Shown: positions 1 to 17,056 of the stretch, one piece after another
Numbering within the stretch: position 1 is the stretch's first letter
Layout of the letters: every line of letters begins with the position of its first letter
UHGV virus genome: UHGV-0018629
Length of the DNA: 64,000 nucleotides
Strand: one strand, 5' to 3'
Source: a virus
Position numbers and translations under genes: made by a program
The notes under the pieces: model-generated
What the model was told of the DNA's origin: nothing
Databases searched by the model: none
The model's input: only the letters and a program-made list of their open reading frames with translations

Positions 1-381
1 TCATGGAAATTATTTGGTAAAGGACAAGTTTTAGTAGGATGGAATGATGATGTTACGGATCCAAACTTTGCATTAAACAACAATGATTTAGATTCTAGCG
101 GAAATCCTTCGCATACTGCTGGTGGAACAGTTGGAACAACATCGGTGACACTTGAGAATGCAAATCTTCCTGCAACTAAAACCGACGAAAGAGTTTTAAT
201 TGAAGACGAAAATGGATCAGTTATTATTGGAGGTTGCCAATATGACCCAGACGAAACTGGTCCTATATATACAAAATATCGTGAAGACTACGCAACAACA
301 AACTCTTCACATACTCCTCCTGCTAATATTAGTAATATTCAACCGTCTATTACTGTATACCGTTGGATAAGGATTGCATAA
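1..381 (+). CDS. 10: Baseplate wedge protein gp10, C-terminal fragment (gene starts upstream of window)
   Basis: Frame 1 is open from base 1 to the stop at 381; lies immediately upstream of gp11 as in T4. Confidence 0.75.
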   Translation, partial: SWKLFGKGQVLVGWNDDVTDPNFALNNNDLDSSGNPSHTAGGTVGTTSVTLENANLPATKTDERVLIEDENGSVIIGGCQYDPDETGPIYTKYREDYATTNSSHTPPANISNIQPSITVYRWIRIA

Positions 382-1040
382 TGAGTTTACTTAATAATAA
401 AGCGGGAGTTATTTCCCGCTTAGCAGATTTTCTTGGTTTTAGAACTAAGAAAAATGATATTTCTGTTATGAATAATCAGCCGGTAGGCGCTGTAACAATT
501 TCACAAATAGCAAAAGGGTTTTATGACCCAAATGTAGAATCTGCTATCAACGATGTTAGAAATATGGCAGAGCAACAGGTTGGAGCTGTATTAATTAATA
601 TAAGCGGCGTATCTCCTACTGGAGTACAACAAACAGACTATTGGTCATTTGAAGGAACTGTTACTGACACTTCAGTCAAACCAGGTGACCCAGTTATTGT
701 TAACATGTTTGGTATTCCAGTTAAAGCTACTAACGGAATGACTTCAATTGAATTTACCAGCGCCGTTAGAATAGCTCTACAGGAAATGGTTGCAAAATTT
801 ATTGCAATTGATTCATTTGAAGACCATCCTACCATAGGAAATAAAATACAAGTTAAGTATTTAGATAACCAAGAACATATCTTAGAACAATACTCTGATA
901 AAGGAATTACTTTCAAACAAGAAATAATTTCTCCTTCTAAACCTGGGTATGGAACTTGGCAATTATTAGGTGCGCAAACTGTTACGCTAGATAGTCACAC
1001 ACAACCCACAGTATTTTATTATTTTGAGAGAATAGCATGA
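381..1040 (+). CDS. 11: Baseplate wedge / short tail fibre attachment protein gp11
   Basis: ORF 363..1040; likely ATG at 381 ([10 protein letters not shown]...), giving about 219 aa like T4 gp11; position between 10 and 12. Confidence 0.9.
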   Translation: MSLLNNKAGVISRLADFLGFRTKKNDISVMNNQPVGAVTISQIAKGFYDPNVESAINDVRNMAEQQVGAVLINISGVSPTGVQQTDYWSFEGTVTDTSVKPGDPVIVNMFGIPVKATNGMTSIEFTSAVRIALQEMVAKFIAIDSFEDHPTIGNKIQVKYLDNQEHILEQYSDKGITFKQEIISPSKPGYGTWQLLGAQTVTLDSHTQPTVFYYFERIA

Positions 1041-2587
1041 GTAACAATACATATCAGCACGTATCAAATGAATCAAAATATGTTAAATTCGATCCAATTG
1101 GATCGAATTTTCCTGACACCGTCACTACGGTGCAGTCAGCATTATCAAAAATAAGTAATATCGGAGTAAATGGTATTCCTGACGCAACTATGGAAGTTAA
1201 AGGAATAGCAATGATTGCATCGGAGCAAGAGGTTTTAGATGGAACTAATAATTCTAAAATCGTTACACCCGCTACATTAGCAACAAGATTATTGTATCCA
1301 AATGCTACTGAAACTAAATATGGTTTAACGCGCTATTCAACAAATGAAGAAACTTTAGAAGGCTCAGATAATAATTCGTCAATAACTCCACAAAAATTGA
1401 AATACCATACTGACGATGTATTCCAAAACAGGTATTCATCTGAATCATCAAATGGAGTTATTAAAATATCATCTACGCCTGCGGCTTTGGCTGGAGTTGA
1501 TGATACTACGGCGATGACTCCGTTGAAAACCCAAAAACTCGCAATAAAATTAATTTCGCAAATAGCTCCTTCAGAAGACACAGCATCAGAATCTGTTAGA
1601 GGTGTAGTTCAGTTATCAACTGTCGCTCAAACTCGCCAAGGAACTCTTCGCGAAGGATATGCAATTTCACCGTATACCTTTATGAATTCTGTTGCAACAC
1701 AAGAATATAAGGGCGTTATACGTTTAGGAACGCAATCGGAAATTAACAGTAATTTGGGAGATGTTGCAGTAACAGGCGAAACACTAAATGGTCGAGGAGC
1801 TACTGGTTCTATGCGTGGTGTGGTAAAATTAACGACGCAAGCCGGTATTGCCCCCGAGGGTGATAGCTCTGGAGCATTAGCATGGAATGCAGATGTAATT
1901 AATACACGCGGTGGACAAACTATTAATGGTTCTTTAAATTTAGACCATCTTACAGCAAATGGAATTTGGTCGCGCGGCGGTATGTGGAAAAATGGTGATC
2001 AACCAGTTTCAACAGAACGTTACGCATCAGAAAGGGTTCCAGTTGGAACTATTATGATGTTTGCTGGAGATTCAGCTCCTCCTGGTTGGATTATGTGTCA
2101 TGGTGGAACCGTGTCAGGAGATCAATATCCTGATTATAGAAACACAGTTGGAACGAGATTTGGTGGTGATTGGAATAACCCCGGTATTCCTGATATGCGA
2201 GGTCTTTTCGTCAGAGGAGCTGGCACAGGAGGTCATATTTTAAATCAACGAGGACAAGATGGTTACGGGAAGGATAGACTTGGTGTAGGATGTGACGGAA
2301 TGCATGTTGGCGGTGTTCAAGCACAACAAATGTCATACCATAAACATGCTGGTGGTTGGGGAGAATACCAAAGACATGAAGCTCCATTTGGCGCGTCCGT
2401 TTATCAAGGATATCTTGGAACTAGAAAATATGCCGACTGGGATAATGCTTCATACTTCACTAATGATGGATTTGAATTAGGTGGACCGAGAGATGCCCTT
2501 GGTACGCTTAATCGTGAAGGATTAATTGGTTATGAAACTAGACCATGGAATATATCATTAAACTATATTATTAAAATTCATTACTAA
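1037..2587 (+). CDS. 12: Short tail fibre protein gp12
   Basis: 516 aa, ATGA overlap with gp11 stop, Gly/Thr-rich fibre-like sequence, T4 gene order. Confidence 0.9.
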   Translation: MSNNTYQHVSNESKYVKFDPIGSNFPDTVTTVQSALSKISNIGVNGIPDATMEVKGIAMIASEQEVLDGTNNSKIVTPATLATRLLYPNATETKYGLTRYSTNEETLEGSDNNSSITPQKLKYHTDDVFQNRYSSESSNGVIKISSTPAALAGVDDTTAMTPLKTQKLAIKLISQIAPSEDTASESVRGVVQLSTVAQTRQGTLREGYAISPYTFMNSVATQEYKGVIRLGTQSEINSNLGDVAVTGETLNGRGATGSMRGVVKLTTQAGIAPEGDSSGALAWNADVINTRGGQTINGSLNLDHLTANGIWSRGGMWKNGDQPVSTERYASERVPVGTIMMFAGDSAPPGWIMCHGGTVSGDQYPDYRNTVGTRFGGDWNNPGIPDMRGLFVRGAGTGGHILNQRGQDGYGKDRLGVGCDGMHVGGVQAQQMSYHKHAGGWGEYQRHEAPFGASVYQGYLGTRKYADWDNASYFTNDGFELGGPRDALGTLNREGLIGYETRPWNISLNYIIKIHY

Positions 2588-2596
2588 GGATTACAA

Positions 2597-4054
2597 ATGA
2601 TTGAATTAAAAGAGTTACCTTTTGTTGATAGCGTTCCTGGCGAAGGTCAGGAACGTATTTCATGGATTAAAAATGGTGAAGAAATACTAGGAGCTAGTAC
2701 TAAGTATGGAAACGATGGATCAATGAATAGACCAACTGTTTCCGTGTTTAAAAATGTTGAGGTTCTTGATGAAAATATAGGAATTCTTAAAACTGCCGTT
2801 GAAACATCACAGGAAGATATTAAAACAATTCAAGGCATTTTGGATGTATCTGGAGATATCGAAGCACTATCACAGATTAGCGTTAATAAAAATGACATAT
2901 CAAATTTAAAGACGCTTACGAATGAACACACTGATATATTAAATGGTACAAATACTACGGTTGACAGTATTCTTTCTGATATTGGTCCATTTAATTCGCA
3001 AGCAAATTCAGTTTATAGAACAGTTCGAAATGATTTGTTATGGATTAAAAGGGAATTAGGACAATATGCTGGACAAGATATTAATGGTCTTCCTGTTGTA
3101 GGAAATACTAGTACTGGAATGAAACATCGTATTATTAATAATACTGATGCTATAACTTCTCAAGGAATACGTTTAAGCGATTTAGAAGAAAAATTTATTG
3201 AATCTGATGTAGGTTCGCTTACAATAGAAGTAGGAAATCTTAGACAGGAATTAGGGCAAAGACCGCCTTCATTTAGTGAAAGCATATATTCACGCGTATA
3301 TAATTTAGATCAAGCGCAAATTGATCTAAATTCTGAAATTAAATTTATAAAAACTTCTATTGGATATCCAGGAAATACTTCAATAATCACAGATGTCAAT
3401 GTCAATAGTCAAGAAATTTCAGCTTTAAATGATGAACTAAATAAAAGTGGCGGCGTTAAACAACGATTAACTGTTATTGAAACATCGATTGGTTCAGATG
3501 ATATTCCTTCTAGTATTAAAGGTCAAATTAAAGATAATACCACTTCTATTGAATCTTTAAATGGAATTGTAGGTGAAAACACCTCGTCTGGTTTAAGAGC
3601 CAATGTTTCATGGCTAAATCAGATAGTTGGAACTAATTCTAGCGGAGGCCAACCTTCTCCTCCGGGGTCTCTTTTAAATAGAGTTTCAACTGTTGAAACC
3701 TCTGTTAATAGACTTAACAATGATGTTCAAAACTTGCAAGTTGAAATTGGTAATAACAATTCCGGAATTAAAGGACAGGTTGTAACATTAAATAAATTAG
3801 TAAATGGAACAAATCCAAATGGTTCAACTGTCGAAGAACGTGGATTAACTAATTCAATAAAAGCTAATGAAACTAACATTTCTTCTATTAATCAAGAAAT
3901 GCGTAGTATTAAAAGTAATGTATCTTCATTACAGGCGGATGTTCAGACTTTACAGGAAGCAGGTTATATTCCTGAAGCTCCAAAAGATGGTCAAGCTTAC
4001 GTTCGTAAAGACGGCGAATGGGTATTACTTTCTACCTTTTTATCACCAGCATAA
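2597..4054 (+). CDS. wac: Fibritin (whisker antigen control, neck whiskers)
   Basis: 485 aa; long heptad-repeat coiled coil; C-terminal foldon-like sequence [27 protein letters not shown]. Confidence 0.93.
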   Translation: MIELKELPFVDSVPGEGQERISWIKNGEEILGASTKYGNDGSMNRPTVSVFKNVEVLDENIGILKTAVETSQEDIKTIQGILDVSGDIEALSQISVNKNDISNLKTLTNEHTDILNGTNTTVDSILSDIGPFNSQANSVYRTVRNDLLWIKRELGQYAGQDINGLPVVGNTSTGMKHRIINNTDAITSQGIRLSDLEEKFIESDVGSLTIEVGNLRQELGQRPPSFSESIYSRVYNLDQAQIDLNSEIKFIKTSIGYPGNTSIITDVNVNSQEISALNDELNKSGGVKQRLTVIETSIGSDDIPSSIKGQIKDNTTSIESLNGIVGENTSSGLRANVSWLNQIVGTNSSGGQPSPPGSLLNRVSTVETSVNRLNNDVQNLQVEIGNNNSGIKGQVVTLNKLVNGTNPNGSTVEERGLTNSIKANETNISSINQEMRSIKSNVSSLQADVQTLQEAGYIPEAPKDGQAYVRKDGEWVLLSTFLSPA

Positions 4055-4056
4055 CA

Positions 4057-4072
4057 TGGGGCCGCAAGGCCC
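4057..4072 (+). terminator. GC-rich stem-loop (GGGGCC-GCAA-GGCCCC) followed by T-run, downstream of wac
   Basis: Perfect inverted repeat read directly in sequence. Confidence 0.5.
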
Positions 4073-4086
4073 CAAAGGATTTTTAA

Positions 4087-5788
<1,702 letters not shown>

Positions 5789-5829
5789 TAAATACTATAA
5801 ACTAATTAAAGCCCAGATTAGGAGAAATC

Positions 5830-8970
<3,141 letters not shown>

Positions 8971-8998
8971 TATTAAAGCATATTAAAGAGGATTAAAA

Positions 8999-10978
8999 AT
9001 GACTTTATTATCTCCGGGCATTGAGCTCAAAGAAACTACGGTTCAAAGCACCGTGGTTAATAACTCTACTGGTACAGCAGCTTTGGCCGGTAAATTCCAG
9101 TGGGGTCCTGCTTTTCAAATTAAACAGGTTACAAACGAAGTAGATTTAGTTAATACTTTTGGTCAGCCTACAGCTGAAACAGCTGACTACTTTATGTCTG
9201 CGATGAATTTCTTGCAGTACGGAAATGATTTACGAGTAGTTCGTGCTGTTGATAGAGATACCGCTAAAAACTCATCACCAATTGCTGGTAATATTGAATA
9301 CACAATTTCTACCCCAGGTAGTAACTACGCAGTTGGAGATAAAATCACGGTCAAATATGTTTCAGAAGATGTTGAAACAGAAGGTAAAATTACCGAAGTA
9401 GATGCTGATGGAAAAATTAAGAAAATTAATATTCCTACCGCAAAAATTATTGCTAAAGCTAAAGAAGTTGGCGAATACCCAACATTAGGTTCTAACTGGA
9501 CCGCAGAAATTTCTTCATCTTCTTCCGGTTTAGCTGCAGTAATAACTCTCGGAAAAATTATTACTGATTCCGGTATTTTATTAGCTGAAATCGAGAGCGC
9601 TGAAACTGCTATGACAGCAGTTGATTTTCAGGCAAATCTTGAAAAATATGGAATTCCAGGAGTAGTAGCTCTCTATCCAGGCGAGTTAGGCGATAAAATT
9701 GAAATTGAAATCGTATCTAAAGCTGACTACGCGAAAGGCGCTTCTGCATTACTGCCAATTTATCCAGGTGGTGGTACTCGTGCATCTACTGCCAAAGCGG
9801 TGTTTGGATATGGACCACAAACTGATTCACAATACGCTATTATAGTTCGTCGCAATGATGCTATTGTTCAAAGCGTTGTTCTTTCAACTAAGCGTGGTGA
9901 AAAAGATATTTACGATAGTAACATCTATATTGATGACTTTTTCGCAAAAGGTGGTTCAGAATATATTTTTGCAACTGCACAAAACTGGCCAGAAGGCTTC
10001 TCTGGAATTTTAACTTTGTCTGGTGGATTATCATCAAATGCTGAAGTAACAGCAGGAGATCTGATGGAAGCTTGGGACTTCTTTGCTGACCGTGAATCTG
10101 TTGATGTTCAGTTGTTTATTGCGGGTTCTTGTGCCGGTGAATCTCTTGAAACAGCATCTACTGTCCAAAAACACGTCGTTTCAATTGGTGATGCTCGTCA
10201 GGATTGCTTAGTATTGTGCTCACCACCGCGTGAAACTGTAGTTGGAATTCCTGTAACTCGTGCTGTTGATAACTTAGTCAACTGGAGAACTGCCGCAGGT
10301 TCATATACTGATAATAACTTTAATATTAGTTCAACCTATGCAGCAATTGATGGTAACTACAAATATCAGTATGACAAATATAATGATGTAAATCGTTGGG
10401 TTCCATTAGCAGCTGATATTGCTGGTTTATGCGCGAGAACAGATAACGTTTCTCAGACTTGGATGTCTCCAGCTGGTTATAATCGTGGTCAAATTCTGAA
10501 CGTCATTAAATTGGCTATTGAAACTCGCCAGGCCCAACGTGACCGCTTATATCAAGAAGCTATCAACCCAGTAACTGGTACAGGTGGTGATGGTTACGTA
10601 TTGTATGGCGATAAAACAGCTACTTCTGTTCCTTCTCCATTTGATCGTATTAACGTTCGTCGTCTGTTTAATATGTTGAAAACGAATATCGGGCGTAGTT
10701 CAAAATATCGTTTGTTCGAATTAAACAACGCGTTTACTCGTTCTTCATTCCGTACAGAAACTGCTCAGTACTTGCAGGGAATTAAAGCTCTTGGCGGAAT
10801 TTATGAATATCGTGTAGTTTGCGATACAACAAATAATACTCCGTCAGTAATTGATAGAAATGAGTTTGTTGCAACATTCTACATCCAACCGGCTAGATCG
10901 ATAAATTATATCCAGCTTAACTTCGTTGCGACTGCTACTGGTGCAGATTTCGATGAGTTAACTGGTCTTGCTGGTTAA
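8999..10978 (+). CDS. 18: Contractile tail sheath protein gp18
   Basis: 659 aa, same size as T4 gp18. Confidence 0.95.
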   Translation: MTLLSPGIELKETTVQSTVVNNSTGTAALAGKFQWGPAFQIKQVTNEVDLVNTFGQPTAETADYFMSAMNFLQYGNDLRVVRAVDRDTAKNSSPIAGNIEYTISTPGSNYAVGDKITVKYVSEDVETEGKITEVDADGKIKKINIPTAKIIAKAKEVGEYPTLGSNWTAEISSSSSGLAAVITLGKIITDSGILLAEIESAETAMTAVDFQANLEKYGIPGVVALYPGELGDKIEIEIVSKADYAKGASALLPIYPGGGTRASTAKAVFGYGPQTDSQYAIIVRRNDAIVQSVVLSTKRGEKDIYDSNIYIDDFFAKGGSEYIFATAQNWPEGFSGILTLSGGLSSNAEVTAGDLMEAWDFFADRESVDVQLFIAGSCAGESLETASTVQKHVVSIGDARQDCLVLCSPPRETVVGIPVTRAVDNLVNWRTAAGSYTDNNFNISSTYAAIDGNYKYQYDKYNDVNRWVPLAADIAGLCARTDNVSQTWMSPAGYNRGQILNVIKLAIETRQAQRDRLYQEAINPVTGTGGDGYVLYGDKTATSVPSPFDRINVRRLFNMLKTNIGRSSKYRLFELNNAFTRSSFRTETAQYLQGIKALGGIYEYRVVCDTTNNTPSVIDRNEFVATFYIQPARSINYIQLNFVATATGADFDELTGLAG

Positions 10979-10994
10979 TACGGTGCATTCTAAA

Positions 10995-11012
10995 GGCCTG
11001 TTTCGACAGGCC
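10995..11012 (+). terminator. Stem-loop GGCCTG-TTTCGA-CAGGCC downstream of gene 18
   Basis: Inverted repeat read in sequence. Confidence 0.5.
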
Positions 11013-11013
11013 A

Positions 11014-11021
11014 TATAAATA
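11014..11021 (+). promoter_or_regulatory. Late promoter box TATAAATA (distal, gene 19)
   Basis: Exact TATAAATA. Confidence 0.45.
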
Positions 11022-11072
11022 CACTATATCCTTAATTCTTTAATTCTATATGCCCTAGGTTAAACATAGGGA

Positions 11073-11080
11073 TATAAATA
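11073..11080 (+). promoter_or_regulatory. Late promoter box TATAAATA (proximal, gene 19), preceded by CCCTA...TAGGG hairpin
   Basis: Exact TATAAATA about 15 bp upstream of the gp19 ATG. Confidence 0.45.
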
Positions 11081-11094
11081 CTACAGAGGCTAAT

Positions 11095-11586
11095 ATGTTT
11101 GTAGATGATGTAACACGAGCGTTTGAATCTGGTGATTTTGCGCGACCTAACTTATTCCAAGTAGAGATTTCTTATCTTGGCCAAAATTTTACGTTCCAAT
11201 GTAAAGCTACTGCTTTACCAGCTGGTATTGTAGAAAAAATTCCAGTCGGATTTATGAACCGTAAAATTAATGTGGCAGGAGACCGTACATTCGATGACTG
11301 GACTGTTACAGTAATGAACGATGAGGCGCATGATGCTCGTCAGAAGTTTGTTGATTGGCAAAGCATTGCTGCTGGTCAAGGAAACGAAATTACTGGTGGA
11401 AAACCTGCAGAGTATAAAAAGAGCGCTGTTGTTCGTCAATATGCTCGTGACGCTAAAACAGTAACAAAAGAAATTGAAATTAAAGGTCTATGGCCTACTA
11501 ACGTGGGTGAACTTCAATTAGATTGGGATTCAAACAATGAAATCCAAACCTTTGAAGTAACCCTTGCTCTCGATTATTGGGAATAA
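11095..11586 (+). CDS. 19: Tail tube protein gp19
   Basis: 163 aa, same size as T4 gp19. Confidence 0.95.
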   Translation: MFVDDVTRAFESGDFARPNLFQVEISYLGQNFTFQCKATALPAGIVEKIPVGFMNRKINVAGDRTFDDWTVTVMNDEAHDARQKFVDWQSIAAGQGNEITGGKPAEYKKSAVVRQYARDAKTVTKEIEIKGLWPTNVGELQLDWDSNNEIQTFEVTLALDYWE

Positions 11587-11591
11587 AATGA

Positions 11592-13243
<1,652 letters not shown>

Positions 13244-13244
<1 letters not shown>

Positions 13245-13486
13245 TGGAAGGTTTAATTGAAGCTATTAAATCAAACGACCTCGTAGCCGCTCGTAAATTA
13301 TTTGCTGAAGCCATGGCTGCAAGAACGACTGATTTAATTAAAGAAGAAAAAATCACTATCGCTCGTAATTTCTTAATCGAAGGTGAAGAACCTGATGACG
13401 AGGATGAAGATGACGACGAAGATAGCGATGATGATAAAGACGACAAAAAAGACAAAGACTCTGACGAAGACGAGGATGATGAATAA
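13244..13486 (+). CDS. 67: Prohead core protein gp67
   Basis: 80 aa, highly acidic Asp/Glu C-terminus, position between 20 and 68. Confidence 0.85.
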
Positions 13487-13911
13487 TGATTCTAATCCCT
13501 GAAACTCATGAATTAGTTCTCGAGAATGTCGAAGCACTTATTCCTGAAGCACAGGGTCGCTTTGACGAGTTGTCTTCTGCTTTAAATAAAGACGATATAA
13601 ATACAATTATCGAGAATATGCTTGATGATGAAACCGATTTAGCGATTGCATTAGCTTCTATTAATGAAAATATGCCGTTAAATGAATTCATCGTTAAACA
13701 TGTTTCTGCCCGTGGTGAAATTACTCGCACTAAAGATCGCAAAACCCGCGAACGTAATGCATTTCAAACTACCGGGTTGTCTAAAGCAAAACGTAGACAA
13801 ATTGCTCGTAAAGCTACCAAAACGAAGATTGCCAATCCAGCAGGTCAATCTCGTGCTCAGCGTAAGCGTAAAAAAGCTCTCAAACGCCGTAAAGCATTAG
13901 GATTAAGCTAA
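13486..13911 (+). CDS. 68: Prohead core protein gp68
   Basis: 141 aa, basic C-terminus, T4 order. Confidence 0.85.
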   Translation: MILIPETHELVLENVEALIPEAQGRFDELSSALNKDDINTIIENMLDDETDLAIALASINENMPLNEFIVKHVSARGEITRTKDRKTRERNAFQTTGLSKAKRRQIARKATKTKIANPAGQSRAQRKRKKALKRRKALGLS

Positions 13912-14549
13912 TGAATGAACCCCAATTGCTAATTGAAACTTGGGGTCAACCTGGCGAAATTATTGATGGTGTACCAATGCTTGAATCCCACGATGGGAAA
14001 GACTTAGGTTTAAAACCTGGTTTATACATCGAAGGAATATTCATGCAAGCAGAAGTCGTCAATAGAAATAAACGTCTTTATCCAAAACGTATATTAGAAA
14101 AAGCGGTAAAAGACTATATTAATGAGCAAGTTTTAACTAAACAAGCTCTCGGAGAATTAAATCATCCTCCACGCGCTAATGTTGACCCGATGCAAGCCGC
14201 TATCATTATAGAAGATATGTGGTGGAAAGGAAATGACGTATACGGACGAGCTCGTGTTATTGAAGGTGACCATGGTCCTGGAGATAAATTAGCAGCTAAT
14301 ATTCGTGCCGGATGGATTCCAGGAGTTTCTTCTCGTGGATTAGGTTCATTGACTGACACAAATAAAGGTTATCGTATCGTAAACGAAGGATTCAAATTAA
14401 CTGTAGGTGTTGATGCAGTATGGGGTCCAAGTGCTCCAGATGCATGGGTAACTCCTAAGGAAATTACCGAATCACAGACGGCGGAAGCCGATACAAGTGC
14501 CGATGACGCCTATATGGCTCTCGCAGAGGCCATGAAAAAAGCGTTATAA
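13911..14549 (+). CDS. 21: Prohead core protease gp21
   Basis: 212 aa, T4 order. Confidence 0.92.
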   Translation: MNEPQLLIETWGQPGEIIDGVPMLESHDGKDLGLKPGLYIEGIFMQAEVVNRNKRLYPKRILEKAVKDYINEQVLTKQALGELNHPPRANVDPMQAAIIIEDMWWKGNDVYGRARVIEGDHGPGDKLAANIRAGWIPGVSSRGLGSLTDTNKGYRIVNEGFKLTVGVDAVWGPSAPDAWVTPKEITESQTAEADTSADDAYMALAEAMKKAL

Positions 14550-14552
14550 ATA
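14545..14552 (+). promoter_or_regulatory. Late promoter box TATAAATA upstream of gene 22
   Basis: Exact TATAAATA overlapping the gp21 stop. Confidence 0.5.
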
Positions 14553-14579
14553 TTATTATCTAAACAACAGGACTACAAA

Positions 14580-15389
14580 ATGCTTAAAGAACAACTGATT
14601 GCCGAAGCGCAGAAAATTGATGCTTCCGTTGCTCTTGATAGTATTTTCGAATCAGTTAATATTTCTCCGGAAGCAAAAGAAACTTTCGGCACTGTATTCG
14701 AAGCTACCGTCAAGCAGCACGCCGTTAAATTAGCTGAATCTCATATCGCTAAAATTGCTGAAAAAGCAGAAGAAGAAGTAGAAAAAAATAAAGAAGAAGC
14801 CGAAGAAAAAGCTGAGAAGAAAATCGCTGAGCAAGCTTCTAAATTCATCGACCATCTTGCGAAAGAATGGCTCGCTGAAAATAAATTAGCAGTTGATAAA
14901 GGCATCAAAGCCGAACTGTTTGAATCCATGCTTGGTGGATTGAAAGAGCTCTTCGTTGAACACAACGTTGTTGTTCCAGAAGAATCAGTTGATGTTGTAG
15001 CTGAAATGGAAGAAGAACTGCAAGAACACAAAGAAGAATCAGCTCGTCTGTTCGAAGAACTCAATAAGCGTGACGCATATATTAATTATGTGCAGCGTGA
15101 AGTGGCATTGAGCGAAAGTACTAAAGATCTGACTGAGTCTCAAAAAGAAAAAGTCTCTGCTCTGGTCGAAGGTATGGATTATTCAGATGAATTCTCAAGT
15201 AAATTGAGTGCCATCGTAGAAATGGTGAAGAAGTCTAATAAAGATGAAAGCACTATTACTGAGGGTATAAATACTCCTGATACTGAAGCAGCCGGACTGA
15301 ATTTCGTCACTGAAGCTGTAGAAGATAAATCTGCACAAGGTGCAGAAGATATTGTAAGTGTATATGCGAAAGTCGCATCTCGTTTCTAA
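14580..15389 (+). CDS. 22: Prohead core scaffold protein gp22
   Basis: 269 aa, Glu/Lys-rich helical scaffold-like sequence. Confidence 0.9.
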   Translation: MLKEQLIAEAQKIDASVALDSIFESVNISPEAKETFGTVFEATVKQHAVKLAESHIAKIAEKAEEEVEKNKEEAEEKAEKKIAEQASKFIDHLAKEWLAENKLAVDKGIKAELFESMLGGLKELFVEHNVVVPEESVDVVAEMEEELQEHKEESARLFEELNKRDAYINYVQREVALSESTKDLTESQKEKVSALVEGMDYSDEFSSKLSAIVEMVKKSNKDESTITEGINTPDTEAAGLNFVTEAVEDKSAQGAEDIVSVYAKVASRF

Positions 15390-15407
15390 TTTTAAAGGTT
15401 AACACAA

Positions 15408-16973
15408 ATGACTATCAAAACTAAAGCTGAACTTTTGAACAAATGGAAGCCATTACTGGAAGGTGAAGGTTTACCGGAAATTGCTAATAGCAAACAAGCG
15501 ATTATCGCTAAAATCTTTGAAAACCAGGAAAAAGATTTCCAGACAGCTCCAGAATATAAAGACGAAAAAATCGCTCAGGCATTCGGTTCTTTCTTAACAG
15601 AAGCTGAAATCGGTGGTGACCACGGTTACAATGCTACTAACATCGCTGCTGGTCAGACTTCTGGCGCAGTAACTCAGATTGGCCCAGCTGTTATGGGTAT
15701 GGTACGTCGTGCTATTCCTAACCTGATTGCTTTCGATATTTGCGGTGTTCAGCCGATGAACAGCCCGACTGGCCAGGTATTCGCACTTCGCGCAGTATAT
15801 GGTAAAGACCCAATCGCTTCCGGTGCTAAAGAAGCATTCCACCCAATGTATGGTCCAGATGCAATGTTCTCTGGTCAGGGTGCTGCTAAGAAATTCGCTG
15901 CTTTGAAAGCGAGTGATACTCTTGAAGTTGGAACTATTTACACCCACTTCTTCCAGGAAACTGGTACTGTGTATCTGCAAGCTACAGAAGCTAAACAAAT
16001 TGATTCCGGTGCATCTGACGCAGCTAAATTAGATGCTGAAATTAAGAAACAAATGGAAGCTGGTGTACTGGTAGAAATCGCTGAAGGTATGGCTACTTCT
16101 ATCGCTGAACTTCAGGAAGGTTTCAACGGTTCTACCGATAACCCATGGAATGAAATGGGCTTCCGTATCGATAAACAAGTTATCGAAGCTAAATCTCGTC
16201 AGCTGAAAGCTGCTTACTCTATCGAATTAGCACAAGACCTCCGCGCCGTTCATGGTATGGATGCTGATGCTGAACTGTCTGGTATTCTGGCTACCGAAAT
16301 CATGCTGGAAATCAACCGTGAAGTTGTTGATTGGATTAACTACTCAGCTCAGGTTGGTAAATCTGGTATGACCCTGACTCCGGGTTCTAAAGCTGGTGTA
16401 TTTGACTTCCAGGATCCGATTGATATTCGTGGTGCTCGCTGGGCAGGTGAATCCTTTAAAGCTCTGTTGTTCCAGATTGACAAAGAAGCAGTTGAAATTG
16501 CTCGTCAAACCGGTCGTGGTGAAGGTAACTTCATTATCGCTTCCCGTAACGTAGTTAACGTTCTGGCTTCAGTTGATACTGGCATTTCTTATGCTGCGCA
16601 GGGTCTGGCTACTGGATTTAACACTGATACTACCAAGTCAGTATTTGCTGGTGTTCTGGGTGGTAAATACCGTGTATATATCGACCAGTATGCTAAACAA
16701 GATTATTTCACTGTAGGTTATAAAGGTCCGAACGAAATGGATGCTGGTATTTACTATGCTCCATATGTAGCTCTGACTCCGCTGCGTGGTTCTGATCCGA
16801 AGAACTTCCAACCAGTAATGGGATTCAAAACTCGTTACGGTATTGGTATCAACCCATTTGCAGAATCCGCTGCTCAGGCTCCGGCTTCTCGCATTCAGAG
16901 CGGTATGCCTTCTATTCTGAATAGCCTTGGTAAAAACGCTTACTTCCGCCGTGTATATGTTAAAGGTATCTAA
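15408..16973 (+). CDS. 23: Major capsid protein gp23
   Basis: 521 aa; N-terminus MTIKTKAELLNKWKPLLEGEG recognised as T4 gp23. Confidence 0.97.
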   Translation: MTIKTKAELLNKWKPLLEGEGLPEIANSKQAIIAKIFENQEKDFQTAPEYKDEKIAQAFGSFLTEAEIGGDHGYNATNIAAGQTSGAVTQIGPAVMGMVRRAIPNLIAFDICGVQPMNSPTGQVFALRAVYGKDPIASGAKEAFHPMYGPDAMFSGQGAAKKFAALKASDTLEVGTIYTHFFQETGTVYLQATEAKQIDSGASDAAKLDAEIKKQMEAGVLVEIAEGMATSIAELQEGFNGSTDNPWNEMGFRIDKQVIEAKSRQLKAAYSIELAQDLRAVHGMDADAELSGILATEIMLEINREVVDWINYSAQVGKSGMTLTPGSKAGVFDFQDPIDIRGARWAGESFKALLFQIDKEAVEIARQTGRGEGNFIIASRNVVNVLASVDTGISYAAQGLATGFNTDTTKSVFAGVLGGKYRVYIDQYAKQDYFTVGYKGPNEMDAGIYYAPYVALTPLRGSDPKNFQPVMGFKTRYGIGINPFAESAAQAPASRIQSGMPSILNSLGKNAYFRRVYVKGI

Positions 16974-16988
16974 TCTTTGACGATTTAA

Positions 16989-17004
16989 GGGACCTTCGGG
17001 TCCC
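16989..17004 (+). terminator. Stem-loop GGGACC-TTCG-GGTCCC downstream of gene 23
   Basis: Perfect hairpin with UUCG tetraloop. Confidence 0.6.
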
Positions 17005-17021
17005 TTTAGTTGTTTTTATGG

Positions 17022-17029
17022 TATAAATA
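17022..17029 (+). promoter_or_regulatory. Late promoter box TATAAATA upstream of gene 24
   Basis: Exact TATAAATA about 30 bp upstream of the gp24 ATG. Confidence 0.5.
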
Positions 17030-17056
17030 AATCATATAAACCAAAAGGAAAGCGCA

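Noticed and set aside
638-916. 92-aa minus-strand ORF inside gp11
   Set aside because: Antisense to a well-supported structural gene; no independent signals.
1333-1581. 82-aa minus-strand ORF inside gp12
   Set aside because: Antisense overlap with gp12; likely spurious.
14741-15064. 107-aa Ser-rich minus-strand ORF inside gene 22
   Set aside because: Antisense to the Glu/Lys-rich scaffold gene; spurious.
15594-15998. 134-aa minus-strand ORF inside gene 23
   Set aside because: Antisense to major capsid gene.
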